From an uncultured Verrucomicrobiae bacterium (GTDB lineage: Bacteria; Verrucomicrobiota; Verrucomicrobiia; Chthoniobacterales; Chthoniobacteraceae), in the NCBI GenBank assembly GCA_963769025.1, contig CAVYKI010000003.1, positions 32,001 to 96,000 of the forward strand: a stretch of DNA of 64,000 nt. Reading direction: 5' to 3'. The translations under genes and the position numbers were made by a program. Below the pieces are notes generated by a model that had not been told where the DNA came from, did no database searches, and worked only from the letters and a program-made list of their open reading frames with translations. Shown here piece after piece: positions 43,591-54,839 of this stretch (positions are counted from its first letter, which is position 1; every line of letters starts with the position of its first letter).

Positions 43591-45591
43591 TCATCGCGCC
43601 GCCACCGGTTCGCTGCGCAGATCGCGCCCCTTCATTTCCGCCGGCACTCCTGCGCCAAATGCGCTGATGATCGTCGGCGCGAGATCCTCCAGCGCGGGAT
43701 CGGCGTGGCGCACGGGGGCATTCGTGAGGAGGACGCCGGAGAGGAAATGCGGGTCCATGCAATGGTCGCCGCTCCACGGGTCGAGGTTGTCGAGAATGTG
43801 CTCGCGAGGATAGCCGCCGAGGATCGTGTCCCACGACGCGCGGTAGTTGTCGTTGTAGCAGACGACGAGGTCGGGCACCCGATCGCCGGATGTGCGCCGG
43901 TAAACTTGATCGGGCCGGACCACGCGGCGGATGACCTGTTCGCCCGTCTGCGGATCGCGAATCGCGGTCAGCTCGGCGATCAGTTCGGTTCGCAGCCGCT
44001 CCGCGTCGTCGCCGGCTTTCACGATTCCACCGGGCTCGCGGCCCTGGCGGTTCAGGTAGAGGCAATTGATGCCGAGCCCGTAGGCGCGCGTGCGCGTCCA
44101 GTCGGTGTTCTGAAAGTCCGGCGCGCCATCGCGGTCGAGACGGTTTTTCAGCCCGGCGTAGCCGTGATCGAGCAGCCATGCGTTGAGATTGAACTGCCGC
44201 CGGAACGACGTGAACGCGTGATCCGAGACGATGTAAATTTGCCCGTCCGGGCCGAGGTGCTCGACGACGTCGCCGACGAATGCATCGATGCGCCGGTAGA
44301 GCGTCGGCAGGTGATCGCCGTGCTCCTTCGCGAGCGCGGGCGTGTAGAGCGGATGCTTCTGGTCGATGGTCCGCCAGAACATGTGCGAGTTCATGTCGAG
44401 CGACGAAAAGTACGCGAAGAAAAAGCCGTCGCGAAAGTGGTTGAGCTGCGAGCGGAACATCCGGATGTCCTCATCGAGCACATGCAGCGCGTGCTGCCGG
44501 AATTCCCCGTCAGTGAGCACGCCCGACGACAGCGCCGGCGTCTCCTCCGCCATGCCCTGCGTGTAAAAGCGTCCGACTTCGTCCGCCAATTGCCGGGAAA
44601 AATCCTTCGGCGTGGAAATGGGAAACGCCGGATTCACCGGGTCGATGTTCACCGGCGAGACGTAGAGTTCGAGCTGCGGGCGCACTTGCTTCAGGAAAAA
44701 CCGGCACATCGCGGGCACGTCCGCGAGGTAGGGCATCAGCGGGAAAGTGATCGGGATCCAGTCGCTCCATTCGCGCTCGTTCAGGATCACGTCCTTCCCC
44801 TGGATGCTGATCCGGGCCACCGCATTTTGCGGATCGCGCTCGATGGTGAACGGGATGTCCGCGGACGGCTGCTCGCGGTTGAAGACATTCGCCGGTCCGC
44901 GCAACGTGCAATAGGCGAGCCCGCGCGCGAGCCGGATTTTCTCGATCTGCCCGCCGGCAACGTCGCGCGTCGCCTGCTTGGGATCGGTGGAGTAGAAGGA
45001 AAAAATCCCGTAGCTGCCGTGGATGTCCGGCGTCGTGAGGCCGGAGACAGTCTTCGCATCCGTCGGCACCGGCGGGTAGTTCACCGGCGCCTTCAGCGCG
45101 ACGGATGGCACTCCGGCTTCCTGCAAAATGTGCCACAGCGTCGGGCCCTGCCGCATGAGCTCGAGTTTGGACGAGCCGAGCGGGACGGCATACTTGCCGA
45201 CATTGACGAAGCGCTTCGGTGCGGTCGTCCTCGCCGTCGAGAGTTCCGCGGTGACCGTGCCGGCGTCGCGCGAGATGAAATCGTAGATCCCGTGACCGCC
45301 GGGATCGAGGCCCGAGATGAACGTCGCCCACGCCACCGGGCTCTGCGGAGGCAGCGTCGTGCGCAATTTCTTGAATCCGCCCGCATCGAGCAGCTTCTTG
45401 CAATTCGGCATGAACCCCTGGCTCGCGTAGAGGTGCAGCAGCGTCGGGTCCATCCCGTCGGCGCCGACGACCGCGACCTTCGGAATGCCGCGGGTGACGC
45501 CGCCACGCACGATGCCCGGAAACGCGAGCGCACCGCCGACCAGCCCGCAAAATTTCCGGCGGCTGAGATTGGAGCGGTTCTCGTTCGGCAT
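43591..45591 (-). CDS. Alkaline phosphatase-superfamily (nucleotide pyrophosphatase/phosphodiesterase-like) protein with Tat signal
   Basis: SRRKFCGL, VVGADGMDP, PPQSPVAWATF..G..PGGHGIYDF, IVSDHAF and WSGDH. Confidence 0.88.
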   Translation of the reverse strand: MPNENRSNLSRRKFCGLVGGALAFPGIVRGGVTRGIPKVAVVGADGMDPTLLHLYASQGFMPNCKKLLDAGGFKKLRTTLPPQSPVAWATFISGLDPGGHGIYDFISRDAGTVTAELSTARTTAPKRFVNVGKYAVPLGSSKLELMRQGPTLWHILQEAGVPSVALKAPVNYPPVPTDAKTVSGLTTPDIHGSYGIFSFYSTDPKQATRDVAGGQIEKIRLARGLAYCTLRGPANVFNREQPSADIPFTIERDPQNAVARISIQGKDVILNEREWSDWIPITFPLMPYLADVPAMCRFFLKQVRPQLELYVSPVNIDPVNPAFPISTPKDFSRQLADEVGRFYTQGMAEETPALSSGVLTDGEFRQHALHVLDEDIRMFRSQLNHFRDGFFFAYFSSLDMNSHMFWRTIDQKHPLYTPALAKEHGDHLPTLYRRIDAFVGDVVEHLGPDGQIYIVSDHAFTSFRRQFNLNAWLLDHGYAGLKNRLDRDGAPDFQNTDWTRTRAYGLGINCLYLNRQGREPGGIVKAGDDAERLRTELIAELTAIRDPQTGEQVIRRVVRPDQVYRRTSGDRVPDLVVCYNDNYRASWDTILGGYPREHILDNLDPWSGDHCMDPHFLSGVLLTNAPVRHADPALEDLAPTIISAFGAGVPAEMKGRDLRSEPVAAR

Positions 45592-45597
45592 CGGGCT

Positions 45598-47652
45598 TCA
45601 GGCAGTGGGTTCGTTCATCGTGCGGCAGACTTTGCCGTCCATGTGCGCGGGCACCGTCACGCCAAACAGGTCGAGCACCGTGGGAGCCATGTCAATCAGC
45701 CCGACCCCGGCGGACAGATCGAGCTTCCGGTTGCAGAGGAAAATGCCAGGCACCAGCGAACGATCCACGCAATGATCGCCGCCCCAGCTCCGCGTGTTGT
45801 AGGAGAACACGTCCTTCTCGATTTCGCCGATCGCCGCCTTCCACGAAAAGCGATACCCTTCCGCAAATCCGACGACGAGGTCCGGACCGCTCCGCGCATA
45901 CGGGCCTTTATACACCTTCGCCGCATCATGCACGGCATGCACGGGCCGCCGACCGGTGTCGGGATCGACGAGGCTCAGCAGGCGCTGCGTGATGTCTTCC
46001 TTGATGCGCGCCTCCGCCTCCGGTTCCACGCTGCCCTTGGATTCCCGCCCTTTCAGATTCAGGTAAATGCCCGCGAGGCCGAACGCGTAGGCGGAGGTCG
46101 CAGACCAGTCGATCCCCTGCAGGTAGCGGCCCGCGCCTTCGGTTTCCGCGGATTTCAGAAAGCCCTCCTGCCTCGAGCCACGTGTTCACATTCACGCCCC
46201 GGTCGAACGACGAGAAGCCGTGATCCGAAAGCACAAGCAGCACATCGCGCTTGCCGATCTGCGCCGCGGTCTTGCCGACCAGCGCGTCCATCCGCTCATA
46301 CATTTCGTCGAGGATCGCATTCGGCGCGGTCGGATCAGTCGGGGCGTCGGGCACGCTGTCGCGCGGGCGCATGAACATGTGCTGCATGCGGTCCGGCGTG
46401 TCGAAGACGCACGCGCAAAGCCCGGCGCGCGTCGTGCGCAGCGCGCCGAGGAACATGCGCTCGCGCTCCTCGTGGATGTCGTACGCCTGATCGAGGAAGC
46501 CCTTGTCATCGATGATGCCCTCGGTGTGCGCCCACGTGTCCTCCGCGAGGCCGAGCGTCGCGTACGGGCCCTGCAGCTTGGCGAGGTAGATGGAATAGTA
46601 GTCCGGATGCGAAACCGGCAGCGCGGGCTTTTCCGGATCGATGTTCAGCGGCGTCACGTAGAGGCGGAATGGCGATTCGCTGACGAGCAGCAGCCGGCAG
46701 ATGCCGTGGATCGTGCGGAACATTCCCGCGCGGAAACTCACGCGCAGCCACTCCGAATACGTTCCCCTTTGCAGGACGACGCGCTGCTTCCCGATCCTCA
46801 CCTCGGCATCGCCGCCATTCACATTGCGGCGCAGCAAAAGTGGCACCGTAAGTGCAGGCGCCTCTGCCTTCGCGGCAGGCGGACCGGTCAGGACTGCGTG
46901 CGCCACATCGCCGTCGAACTTCACCGCCACCACCTCGCCGCCCTCGAAGATTTCCTCCGCGCGCGGAGTCTCGGCGAAGCACGTGAACGTCCCCTGCGAC
47001 CCGCGCAAATCCGGCACGCACATGCCGGAAAGCAGAACGCCGTTGAACTTCTCCGGCGGAAACGTGATCGGCACGCGCAGCACCGTGCTGAACACGCCGT
47101 GCTCGCCGAGGATGTTCCAAAACGGCACGCTCTTGCGCAGGAGCTTCATCACCGCGCGGCCCTTCGAGTCGCGGCGGATCGCGGACGACGACAGCTCGGG
47201 CAGATACGACTGCAGGTTGCGGTTCAGGAAATCGAAGATGTTGTGCTTGCCGGGATTCGTCCCGGTCATGAACGACGACCACGCCGCCGGCGAGATGGGC
47301 GGGCAGCTCGACTCGATCCGGCTGTAGCACGCCCGCCTGCGCGAGCTGCGCCATGTGCGGCAGCCGCCCCTCGCTGATCAGCCGCTCGACGCGCCTGCGG
47401 ATCCATCCCGTCCAGGCCGAGAATGATAACGCACCGGACATCCGTCTTCCGGCGCTTCTTTTTCCTGCGGAAAATCGCACGCATCAAAAGCCGGAACGGC
47501 CACGTCGCGATGCTGACGAACACCAGCAGCAGCGCCGACAGCAGCACGAGCACCGAGCCGACGAACGTGAACCCCGCGCCCGGCCCGATGTAGGCGACGA
47601 GGTCCGGCGCGAAATTCGGCAGTTCGAGCATCCCCATCACCGGCATTACCAA
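45598..47652 (-). CDS. Second AlkP-superfamily protein with N-terminal membrane anchor (at least 3 frameshifts)
   Basis: Pieces in successive frames: AYIGPGAGF-TM-RRKKKRRK-IILGLDGMDP; MTGTNPGKHNIFDF...DRMQHMF...LSDHGF; GPDLVVG...WGGDHC. Confidence 0.82.
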
Positions 47653-47970
47653 TTCGGCTGCAGCAATGACTGGCTCGCGCCACCCGCGTCAGGCGCCTCG
47701 TGGCAGCCGCCTTGGAAGAAGTGGATTGCCGCCGCGGAATGAACCGGCAGGACGAGGCGTACCGCGCGGAGTCGGGAGCTGGGTTCATGGAATTCCGCCA
47801 CCGTGTCGCCTCCCGGCATTGCTGACAAGTGGAGATGGCTCAGGGATCGCTCCTGCTAGACCGCCGGCCACAAGCCAGCCCATCACTGTGACCGAAGGGA
47901 CCCGCTCACTCAGTGGCCCGCGGCCATTGACAGCGCCGCCGTCCCGCGCAAATCTCCGCGCCCTTTTTCC

Positions 47971-49188
47971 ATGAGTCTCATCGTCCAGAAATACGGCGGC
48001 ACCAGCGTCGGCAATCCGGAGCGCATCAAGAATGTCGCGCGCCGCGTCGTCGCCGCGCAGGAGCAGGGGCATCGCGTCGTCGTCGTCGTCTCCGCGATGA
48101 GCGGCGTGACGGACAATCTCATCAGGCTCGCGCGCGAATGTTCGGCGAATCCCGAGGAGCGCGAGATGGACGTGCTGCTCGCCACCGGCGAGCAGACCAC
48201 GATCGCGCTCACGGCGATGGCCATCAATGCGCTCGGCAAAAAGGCGATCTCGCTGACAGGCGCGCAGGCGGGCATCGTCACCGACGGCGTCCACACGAAG
48301 GCGAAAATCTCCGATCTCACGCCGAAGCAGCTCAAGCAGCACCTCGACGACGGCTTCATCTGCATCGTCGCCGGCTTCCAGGGCGAGACGAAGGACAAGC
48401 GCATCACCACGCTCGGCCGCGGCGGCAGCGACCTCACGGCCATCGCGCTCGCAGCGGCGGTGAAGGCCGACCTCTGCCAGATTTTCACCGACGTGGACGG
48501 CGTCTATACGTGCGATCCGCGCGTCGTCCCCACGGCGACGGAAGCTCGATGAGATCAGCTTCGACGAGATGCTCGAGATGGCGTCCAGCGGCAGCAAGGT
48601 CATGCAGTCGCGCAGCGTCGAGTTCGCCAAGAAATTCGGCGTCGTCTTCGAGGTCCGCAGTTCATTCAACGACAACCCAGGCACCATCGTGAAAGAAGAA
48701 ACCAAGAGCATGGAGGCCGTGGTCGTCCGCGGCGTCAGCATCGAAAAAAACCAGGCAAAGGTCACCGTCCGCGCCGTGCCCGACCGGCCCGGCGTCGCCG
48801 CCCGCGTCTTCACCGCTGTCGCCGCCGCGCAGATCGTCATCGACATGATCGTGCAGAACGTCGCGCACGACGGCACGACGGACATCAGCTTCACGCTGAA
48901 CAAGGACGAACTGCCGAAGGTCGAAGCCGGCCTCGCGCGCAGTCGTGAAGGAAATCGGCGCGCGCGGACTCGAGATCGAAAGCGGCTACGGCAAGCTGAG
49001 CGTCATCGGCGTCGGCATGCGCAGCCACAGCGGCGTCGCGGCGAAGATGTTCGAGGCGCTCAGCAAAGGCGGCATCAACATCGTGATGATCAGCACCTCG
49101 GAGATCAAAACCGCCGTCATCATCGACGAGGCAAAGCTCGACCGAAGGCGCGAACGTCGTGCACGAGGCGTTCGGGCTCGGGAAGTAG
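47971..49188 (+). CDS. lysC: Aspartate kinase (frameshifts near 48545, 48940 and 49145)
   Basis: [41 protein letters not shown] and ACT domains with [11 protein letters not shown] at 49186-49188. Confidence 0.92.
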
Positions 49189-49240
49189 GGCGGTCTGTAC
49201 GCGCCCGGCACAAACGCTCCGAGCGACCTCTGCCCGTCGC

Positions 49241-50558
49241 TCAGTGCGGGATGAGATGGCTCTGAAATAGCACCGCGAAGCCGAGGAAGGCGAAGAAGCC
49301 GACCACGTCGGTGATCGTCGTCAGGATGATGCTGGAGCACTGCGCGGGATCGAGGCCGACGGATTTCATCACCACCGGAATCGCCGCGCCGCACATGCTG
49401 GCGGCGAAAAGGTTCACAATCATCGCCAGCCCGATGACAAGGCCCAGCCACGCGTTGCCGTGCCACGCCCACGCCACGAGCGCGGTGCTCAGGCCGGTGA
49501 TGCTTCCGGAAATCAGCCCGAGCCAGCTTTCCTTGAGCACGAGCTGGCGGACCTTGTTGCGCGGGATCTCGCGCATGACGAGGCCGCGCATCACGATGGC
49601 GAGCGACTGCGCGCCCGCGTTTCCGCCCTGCCCGGCGACGACGGGCAGGAACACGGCGAGGACCGTGATTTTCGCGATGGTGTCCTCGAACAACGCGACG
49701 ACTGCCGCGGCGAGAAAGGCGGTGGCCAGATTCACGTGCAGCCACGGAAGGCGCTTCTTGAGCGAATAGCCGATGGACGAAAAGCTGCGCTCGTCGCCGC
49801 CGGCACCGAACATTCGCTGGAGATCCTCCGTCACTTCCTCCTGCACGTCCTGGAGGAGTTGCTCTGCCTTGATGATTCCGAGGATGCGGCCTTCGTTGTC
49901 CACGACCGGCGCGGCAAAGTACCGGCGCTTGGCAAACTGCGCCGCGGCTTCCTCGCAGTCGGTGAAGCTGTGCACGGTGAAAACATCGGTGCGCATGATG
50001 GCCGACAGTTTCGTCTCCGGTCTCGCGACAAGGAGATCGCGCATGTTGAGGACGCCCTTGAGCCGATCCTCGTCGTCCACCACGTAGGCGTAAGAAGCCG
50101 GATAGCGATTCGGCGCCTGCTGCCGGATTATCTGCGTCGCGTCAAAGACCGTCATCTCGGCGCGGAAAGCCAGGAAATTCGTATTCATCGCCTGGCCGAC
50201 GCTGCCTTCGGGATACGTGAGCTGCTCCTGGATGTCGCGCTTGAGCTTGTCCGGCAGATGCGCGAGGAAGCGTTCGCGGGCGTCTCCCGGCAGGTGCATG
50301 AAAATGGTCGCGGCGTGGTGCGACTCAAGCCCCTCGGCGATTTCCTTGAAGAGGTCCGCCTCGGCGTCCTTGAGCACCGCGGCGGCGTACGTCACCTGGA
50401 GCTGGCACACCGCCTTCGCGGCCACGGACGGAGGCAGGCTGCGCAGGACCTGGACGACGTCCTCCTCCGGCATCGTCTCCAGACGAGCGCGCAGCGGCGA
50501 CGATGTCCTTCTCGAAGAACTTCTGGACGAGCGGAAGCAGGGCGGTGTTTTCGGACAT
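49241..50558 (-). CDS. mgtE: Magnesium transporter MgtE (frameshift near 50490)
   Basis: [10 protein letters not shown], a CBS pair, [16 protein letters not shown] and [18 protein letters not shown]. Confidence 0.92.
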
Positions 50559-50573
50559 GGCAGTTCTCCGTTC

Positions 50574-52149
50574 TCACGGCCGCGTTGGAGCGCTTCGACA
50601 CCGGCGTGAGCGCCCAGGCCTTCACCTTGTCCTTCATTCGCAAAATGAGCTTCCCATTTGCGATGCACGGCGAAGGGACCCACTGCGCCTTCACGGTCGC
50701 GCGTCCGAGGCTCGTGTAGGCCGTCGGATCGGCGGAAATCATCAGGAGGCTGTTCCCGTTGTTCGCCATCGCGAAGAGCTTTCCGTCCGCGATGCACCGG
50801 CGAACTGATCGTCGTCTGCGCCTGCGTCTTCCACGCGACACGGCCCGTCGCGGCCTCGAAGCAGTAGTGGTTGTTGTCGTCCGTCAGATAGACGTGCCCG
50901 TCCTTCACGATCGGGCTGCTCTGCGTGCGCAGCGCTTCGATGGGATGCTTCCACATCAGCTCCGCCTTCTCGGGTGAAATGCGATACGCCACGAGTCCGA
51001 GCGCCGGCCTGCGCGATTGCACGGCGAGCACGTCGTCCTCGATCGCCGGCGTGCTGTCGCCTCCGGCTTCCGCGGTCCACAGGAGCTCGCCGGTCTTCAG
51101 ATCCACCGCGGTGAGATCCTTGCCGTTGCAAATCACCATCTTCCTCCCGCCCGCCTCCCACGGCACCGGCGAGGCATTTCCGCCGCCGGCCTTTTCCTGG
51201 CGCCACAGTTCCTTCCCCGTCGCCGCGTCGAAGCCGATGAGCTGATCCGCGTTCACCACCAGCACTCCGTCCATGAAGAGCGGCGAGGAGCCCGTGCTCT
51301 TCTTCTTCGGAAATGGCGCCTCCCACAGCACCTTCCCGTCCGACGGATTCATGGCACCACACGCGCCGGCTGCCGACTGCGAAAATCTTCCCGTCTGCAA
51401 CGCACGGCGTCGAGGAAGCCCCGCGGCCGACCGACTCACCCGGCAGCGCCGCCTTCCACAGCGTCTTGCCGGTCTCAAAGTCCAGGCACATCACCGCATC
51501 GTCCGCGACGCGCTTCGTCGGCGGCACCGCGGCGACGATCTCGCGCTTCACCGCGTCGCTCCATCCCTGCGCATCCAGCCACGCCTTCATCTCCGCTTCG
51601 CTGGCAAAGACGCGATCCTTGTTGCTCGTCGAGCGTCTCAGAACACGCGAGCGGCAGCGCCAGCTTCCCTTTCGTGAAACGCTTCGTCAGCCAGCCCGTG
51701 TAGAGCTGCCGCTGCTTCACGTCGAAATTCTCCTCGGCAAATTTCTGCGCAAATTCCTCCAGCTTTTTCCCGCGCAACGTCGGCGGCAGCGACTCGCGGG
51801 TGGTCTCGAGTTTCTCCACGAGTTCCTTGCCGAGCGACTTCACCGACTGATGCCCGAGTTGCCGCAGCACCAGCTCGCCGATCTGCCGCGTCTCGCTCGG
51901 CACATCGCGATGCCACACCAGCCCCACGATCACGCGTCCGTCCGCGACCACCGGACTCGACAGCCCGCCCTCGTCATTCGTCGGAATCTCCTCGCTCTCC
52001 CAAAGCTCCTTCAGCCCCTCGGCCGGGAACGCGTCCAGCAGCTTCGGCGAATCCGGCACGATGCCATTGCGCAGCGGCCCGCGCCACTGCGGCCAGTCGG
52101 CGGCATGGACATTCAGGGCGGCGGCGAGGAGGAGGAAAATGGAACGCAT
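50574..52149 (-). CDS. PQQ-binding-like beta-propeller protein (several frameshifts; 3' end approximate)
   Basis: Signal peptide then ADWPQWRGP; SSPVVADGRV, CLDFETGKTLW, GFDAATGKELW and SPCIANGKL. Confidence 0.8.
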
Positions 52150-52229
52150 CGCCCCCTCCTAACGCACTGCCTAGACGCGGGCAAGGGTCGCCGGCGCAAT
52201 GCAGGCAAAAACTTTTGCTTGCAGCCTTA

Positions 52230-52246
52230 GCTTTGCGTGGCAAAGT
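52230..52246. promoter_or_regulatory. Palindromic operator candidate 1 (CTTTG-N5-CAAAG)
   Basis: GCTTTGCGTGGCAAAGT, 7 nt before ATG 52254. Confidence 0.65.
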
Positions 52247-52253
52247 CCGCGCC

Positions 52254-52890
52254 ATGCCGACCCGCTCCGACGCCGAGGAACACCTCCGCATCATCCGCTC
52301 CCTGATGGAAAAGGCGACCATCTACCGGGCCATCTCCGCGCCTGGCGCGCTGGTGGGTGGCTTGCTGGCAGTGCTCCTCGCCGGTGTCTGCGCGTGGCTC
52401 AGCCGTGCGGGCAGCGGTGCCGGTGTTCCTTTCGTCCTGCCGTGGCTGCTCCTCCTCGTCGTCACGGCTGCCGCGAATGCCGGCTTGCTGTGGCATGACG
52501 CCCGCCGGCGCGGCGAGCCTTTCGTCTCGCCGGGCATGAAGGTGGCGCTGCGCGCGATGGTTCCCGGGCTGATCGCGGGCGGGCTTTGCACTCTTGATCG
52601 ACGGCGACGGCGGCACACCGCTCACCGCGACGCTGTGGGTGCTGTTCTACGGCATCAGCCTCCTCGCCGCGAGCCACTTTGCGCCAAAATCCATCCAGTG
52701 GCTCGGCCGCGCGTTCTTCGTCGCGGGCGCATGCGCGCTGCTGGCGGCCGCTCTCGCCTTCGATCACTGGCGCGGAACCAACCAGCCCGCGATCGCCCAT
52801 CTCATCATGGGCCTGACGTTCGGCGCTCTTTCACCTCATCTACGCCGCCTGCACCTGGCCGCGCCGGGCGCTGCGGCAGCGAAGCCATGA
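52254..52890 (+). CDS. Membrane protein partnered with the winged-helix regulator (frameshifted)
   Basis: AEEHLRIIRSLMEKA then multiple TMs, continuing as LWVLFYGISLL in ORF 52594..52890. Confidence 0.7.
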
Positions 52891-53193
52891 ACCCGATGTT
52901 CGACTTCGATAAACTCGACAAGCTCATCCATGAAAAAGGTCGCCTCGGCATCATGACGCTCCTCGCCGCACGCCCGAGTTGGACGTTTCAGGATCTGAAG
53001 GCCGAGCTGGAACTCAGCGACGGCAATCTCGTCACGCACCTGCGCACGCTGCACGACAACGGCTACGTCTCCGTGACGAAGGAAATCCTCGACCGCCCGC
53101 AGACGAGCTACGCGCTGACCGCGAAGGGCGGAAGCATTTCAGGACTACCTCACGATGCTCGAGCAGATCGTGAAAGCGGCCGCCCGGCGGTGA
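52887..53193 (+). CDS. Winged-helix transcriptional regulator (HTH_34 / MarR-ArsR-like; frameshift near 53130)
   Basis: LDKLIHEKGRLGIMTLL, FQDLKAELELSDGNLVTHLRTL...RPQTSYALT; shifted tail FQDYLTMLEQIVK. Confidence 0.85.
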
Positions 53194-53234
53194 CAAGTTC
53201 TCACGCCTGATGAACGCCTTTCATTTTACCTAAA

Positions 53235-53251
53235 GCTTTGCCACACAAAGC
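53235..53251. promoter_or_regulatory. Palindromic operator candidate 2 (CTTTG-N5-CAAAG)
   Basis: GCTTTGCCACACAAAGC, 12 nt before the ispH ATG. Confidence 0.65.
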
Positions 53252-53263
53252 CATGCACCATCT

Positions 53264-54135
53264 ATGAAAATCCAACTCGCAGAACATTACGGCCTCTGCT
53301 TCGGCGTCCGCGACGCCATCGCCCAGGCGGAACGACTCGCCGAGCACGGGCCGCTGACCATCCTCGGCGAACTCGTCCACAATCCCGTCGTCCGCGAACG
53401 CCTCGCGCAGCGCGGCGTGCGCGAAGGCGCGCTGCGACCACGGCTCCGCGCGCGACGCCGCAGGTGATGATCACCGCGCACGGCGCCTCGGATCGGAAAC
53501 GCGCGGCGTGGCGCGCCGCCGGCTTCGGCGTGGCCGACGGCACGTGCCCGCTGGTCCGGCATGCGCACGAGCAGCTCGCGGCTGCTCGTCGCGCTCGGCT
53601 GCTTTCCCGTCGTCATCGGCAAGCGCGGACATGTCGAAGTCGCAGGGCTGATCGGCGATTTTCCCGGGGCGTGCGTGCGTGGAAAACGACGGCGACATCG
53701 CCGCGCTGCCCGCAGCGCGAGCGCTACGGCGTGATCTCGCAGACGACGCAGCCGATCGGAGAAAGTGCAGGCGCTCGTCGCGGCGATCCGCGCAGGCGCG
53801 GCCGGCGAGCGAGGTGCGCTTCAGCGACACCGTCTGCCAGCCGACGAAGAACCGGCAGAACGCGCTGCGCAAGCTGATCGCGGAATGCGACACGATCGTC
53901 GTGGTCGGCGGACGCAACAGCAACAACACCGCTCCAACTCGTCGCCGCCGCGAGCGTCGCCGGGCTGCGCCGTCTTCCACATCGAGCGCGCGGAGGAACT
54001 CGATCCCGCGTGGTTTCGCGACGCGGAAATCGTCGGCCTCACCGCCGGCACCTCGCACGCTGAAGGAAACCGTCGCCGCCGTGCACGCGCGGCTCGAACA
54101 AATCGCCGCAGCGTCACGGCACCGTCGCGTGATGA
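53264..54135 (+). CDS. ispH: 4-hydroxy-3-methylbut-2-enyl diphosphate reductase (many frameshifts; end approximate)
   Basis: GLCFGVRDAI, GELVHNP, ITAHG, DGTCPLV, ISQTTQ, DTVCQPT..RQ, VVGGRNSNNT and GLTAGTS. Confidence 0.88.
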
Positions 54136-54827
54136 ATCCGCCGTTGCACCGCCTCGTGATCCTTTGCCGCGGAGACTCGGACGCATCGCGCCGTGGCTCG
54201 ATGAACGCGAGCCCGCTGGCTGCTCACATGCGTGCTGACCATCGCCGCCGGCTGCGCGACTCTACGGCGGCGTGGTCGGACTGGTGGCGCGCGCCGCTGC
54301 AGGCCGCGTACACCGCGATCAAAATGCCGCTGCTGATTTTCCTGACGTGCGGCGGCAATGCGCTGCTGAACGGGTTGCTCGCGCAGGTCCTCGGCTCGGG
54401 GCTGAGCTTCCGGCAGACCTCGCTGGCGATCCTGATGAGTTTCACCATCGCTTCGCTGGTGCTCGCCGCGCTCAGTCCCGTGGCGTTCTTCATTTCCTCA
54501 ACACGCCGGCGCTCACCTCCGCCGCGCGCGGCACCGGGCACAGCCTCACGCTGCTGTGCGACGTGCTTTTCATCGCCTACGCCGGCGTCGTCGCGAACCG
54601 GCGTCTGCTGCGCCTGCTGGAGCGCCGCTGCGAAACGCGATCCGGCGGCGCGGCGCGTTTTCTGGAGCTGGCTGGCGGGCAATCTTTTCCTCGGCGCGCA
54701 GCTCTCGTGGGTGCTGCGCCCGTTCATCGGCACGCCCGGCCTGGCGATCGAGTTTCTCCGCGACGATCCGATGCGCGGGAATTTCTACGAATCCGTCTTC
54801 CACGCCCTCCGCCATCTCCTCCGCTAA
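54132..54827 (+). CDS. Hypothetical multi-pass membrane protein (frameshifted)
   Basis: AIKMPLLIFLT, ALSPVAFF and GAQLSWVLRPFIGTP...GNFYE. Confidence 0.65.
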   Translation: MNPPLHRLVILCRGDSDASRRGSMNASPLAAHMRADHRRRLRDSTAAWSDWWRAPLQAAYTAIKMPLLIFLTCGGNALLNGLLAQVLGSGLSFRQTSLAILMSFTIASLVLAALSPVAFFISSTRRRSPPPRAAPGTASRCCATCFSSPTPASSRTGVCCACWSAAAKRDPAARRVFWSWLAGNLFLGAQLSWVLRPFIGTPGLAIEFLRDDPMRGNFYESVFHALRHLLR

Positions 54828-54839
54828 ATCCACATCACT

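Noticed and set aside
47646..47828. Small ORF upstream of the AlkP operon
   Set aside because: No recognisable motif or RBS, and competing frames in an error-prone area.
47831..47890. Possible fluoride or lysine riboswitch upstream of lysC (GGAGATGG...CTCC...ACCGCC)
   Set aside because: The loop is too long and the GCTRATGAC/pseudoknot elements are missing; no lysine riboswitch core is visible. An Rfam/Infernal scan would settle it.
49241..51478. Apparent PQQ-propeller/MgtE fusion (745 aa), and similar fusions at 52215..53210 and 53679..54827
   Set aside because: These arise from frameshifts in the error-rich region; each part has its own start and motifs.
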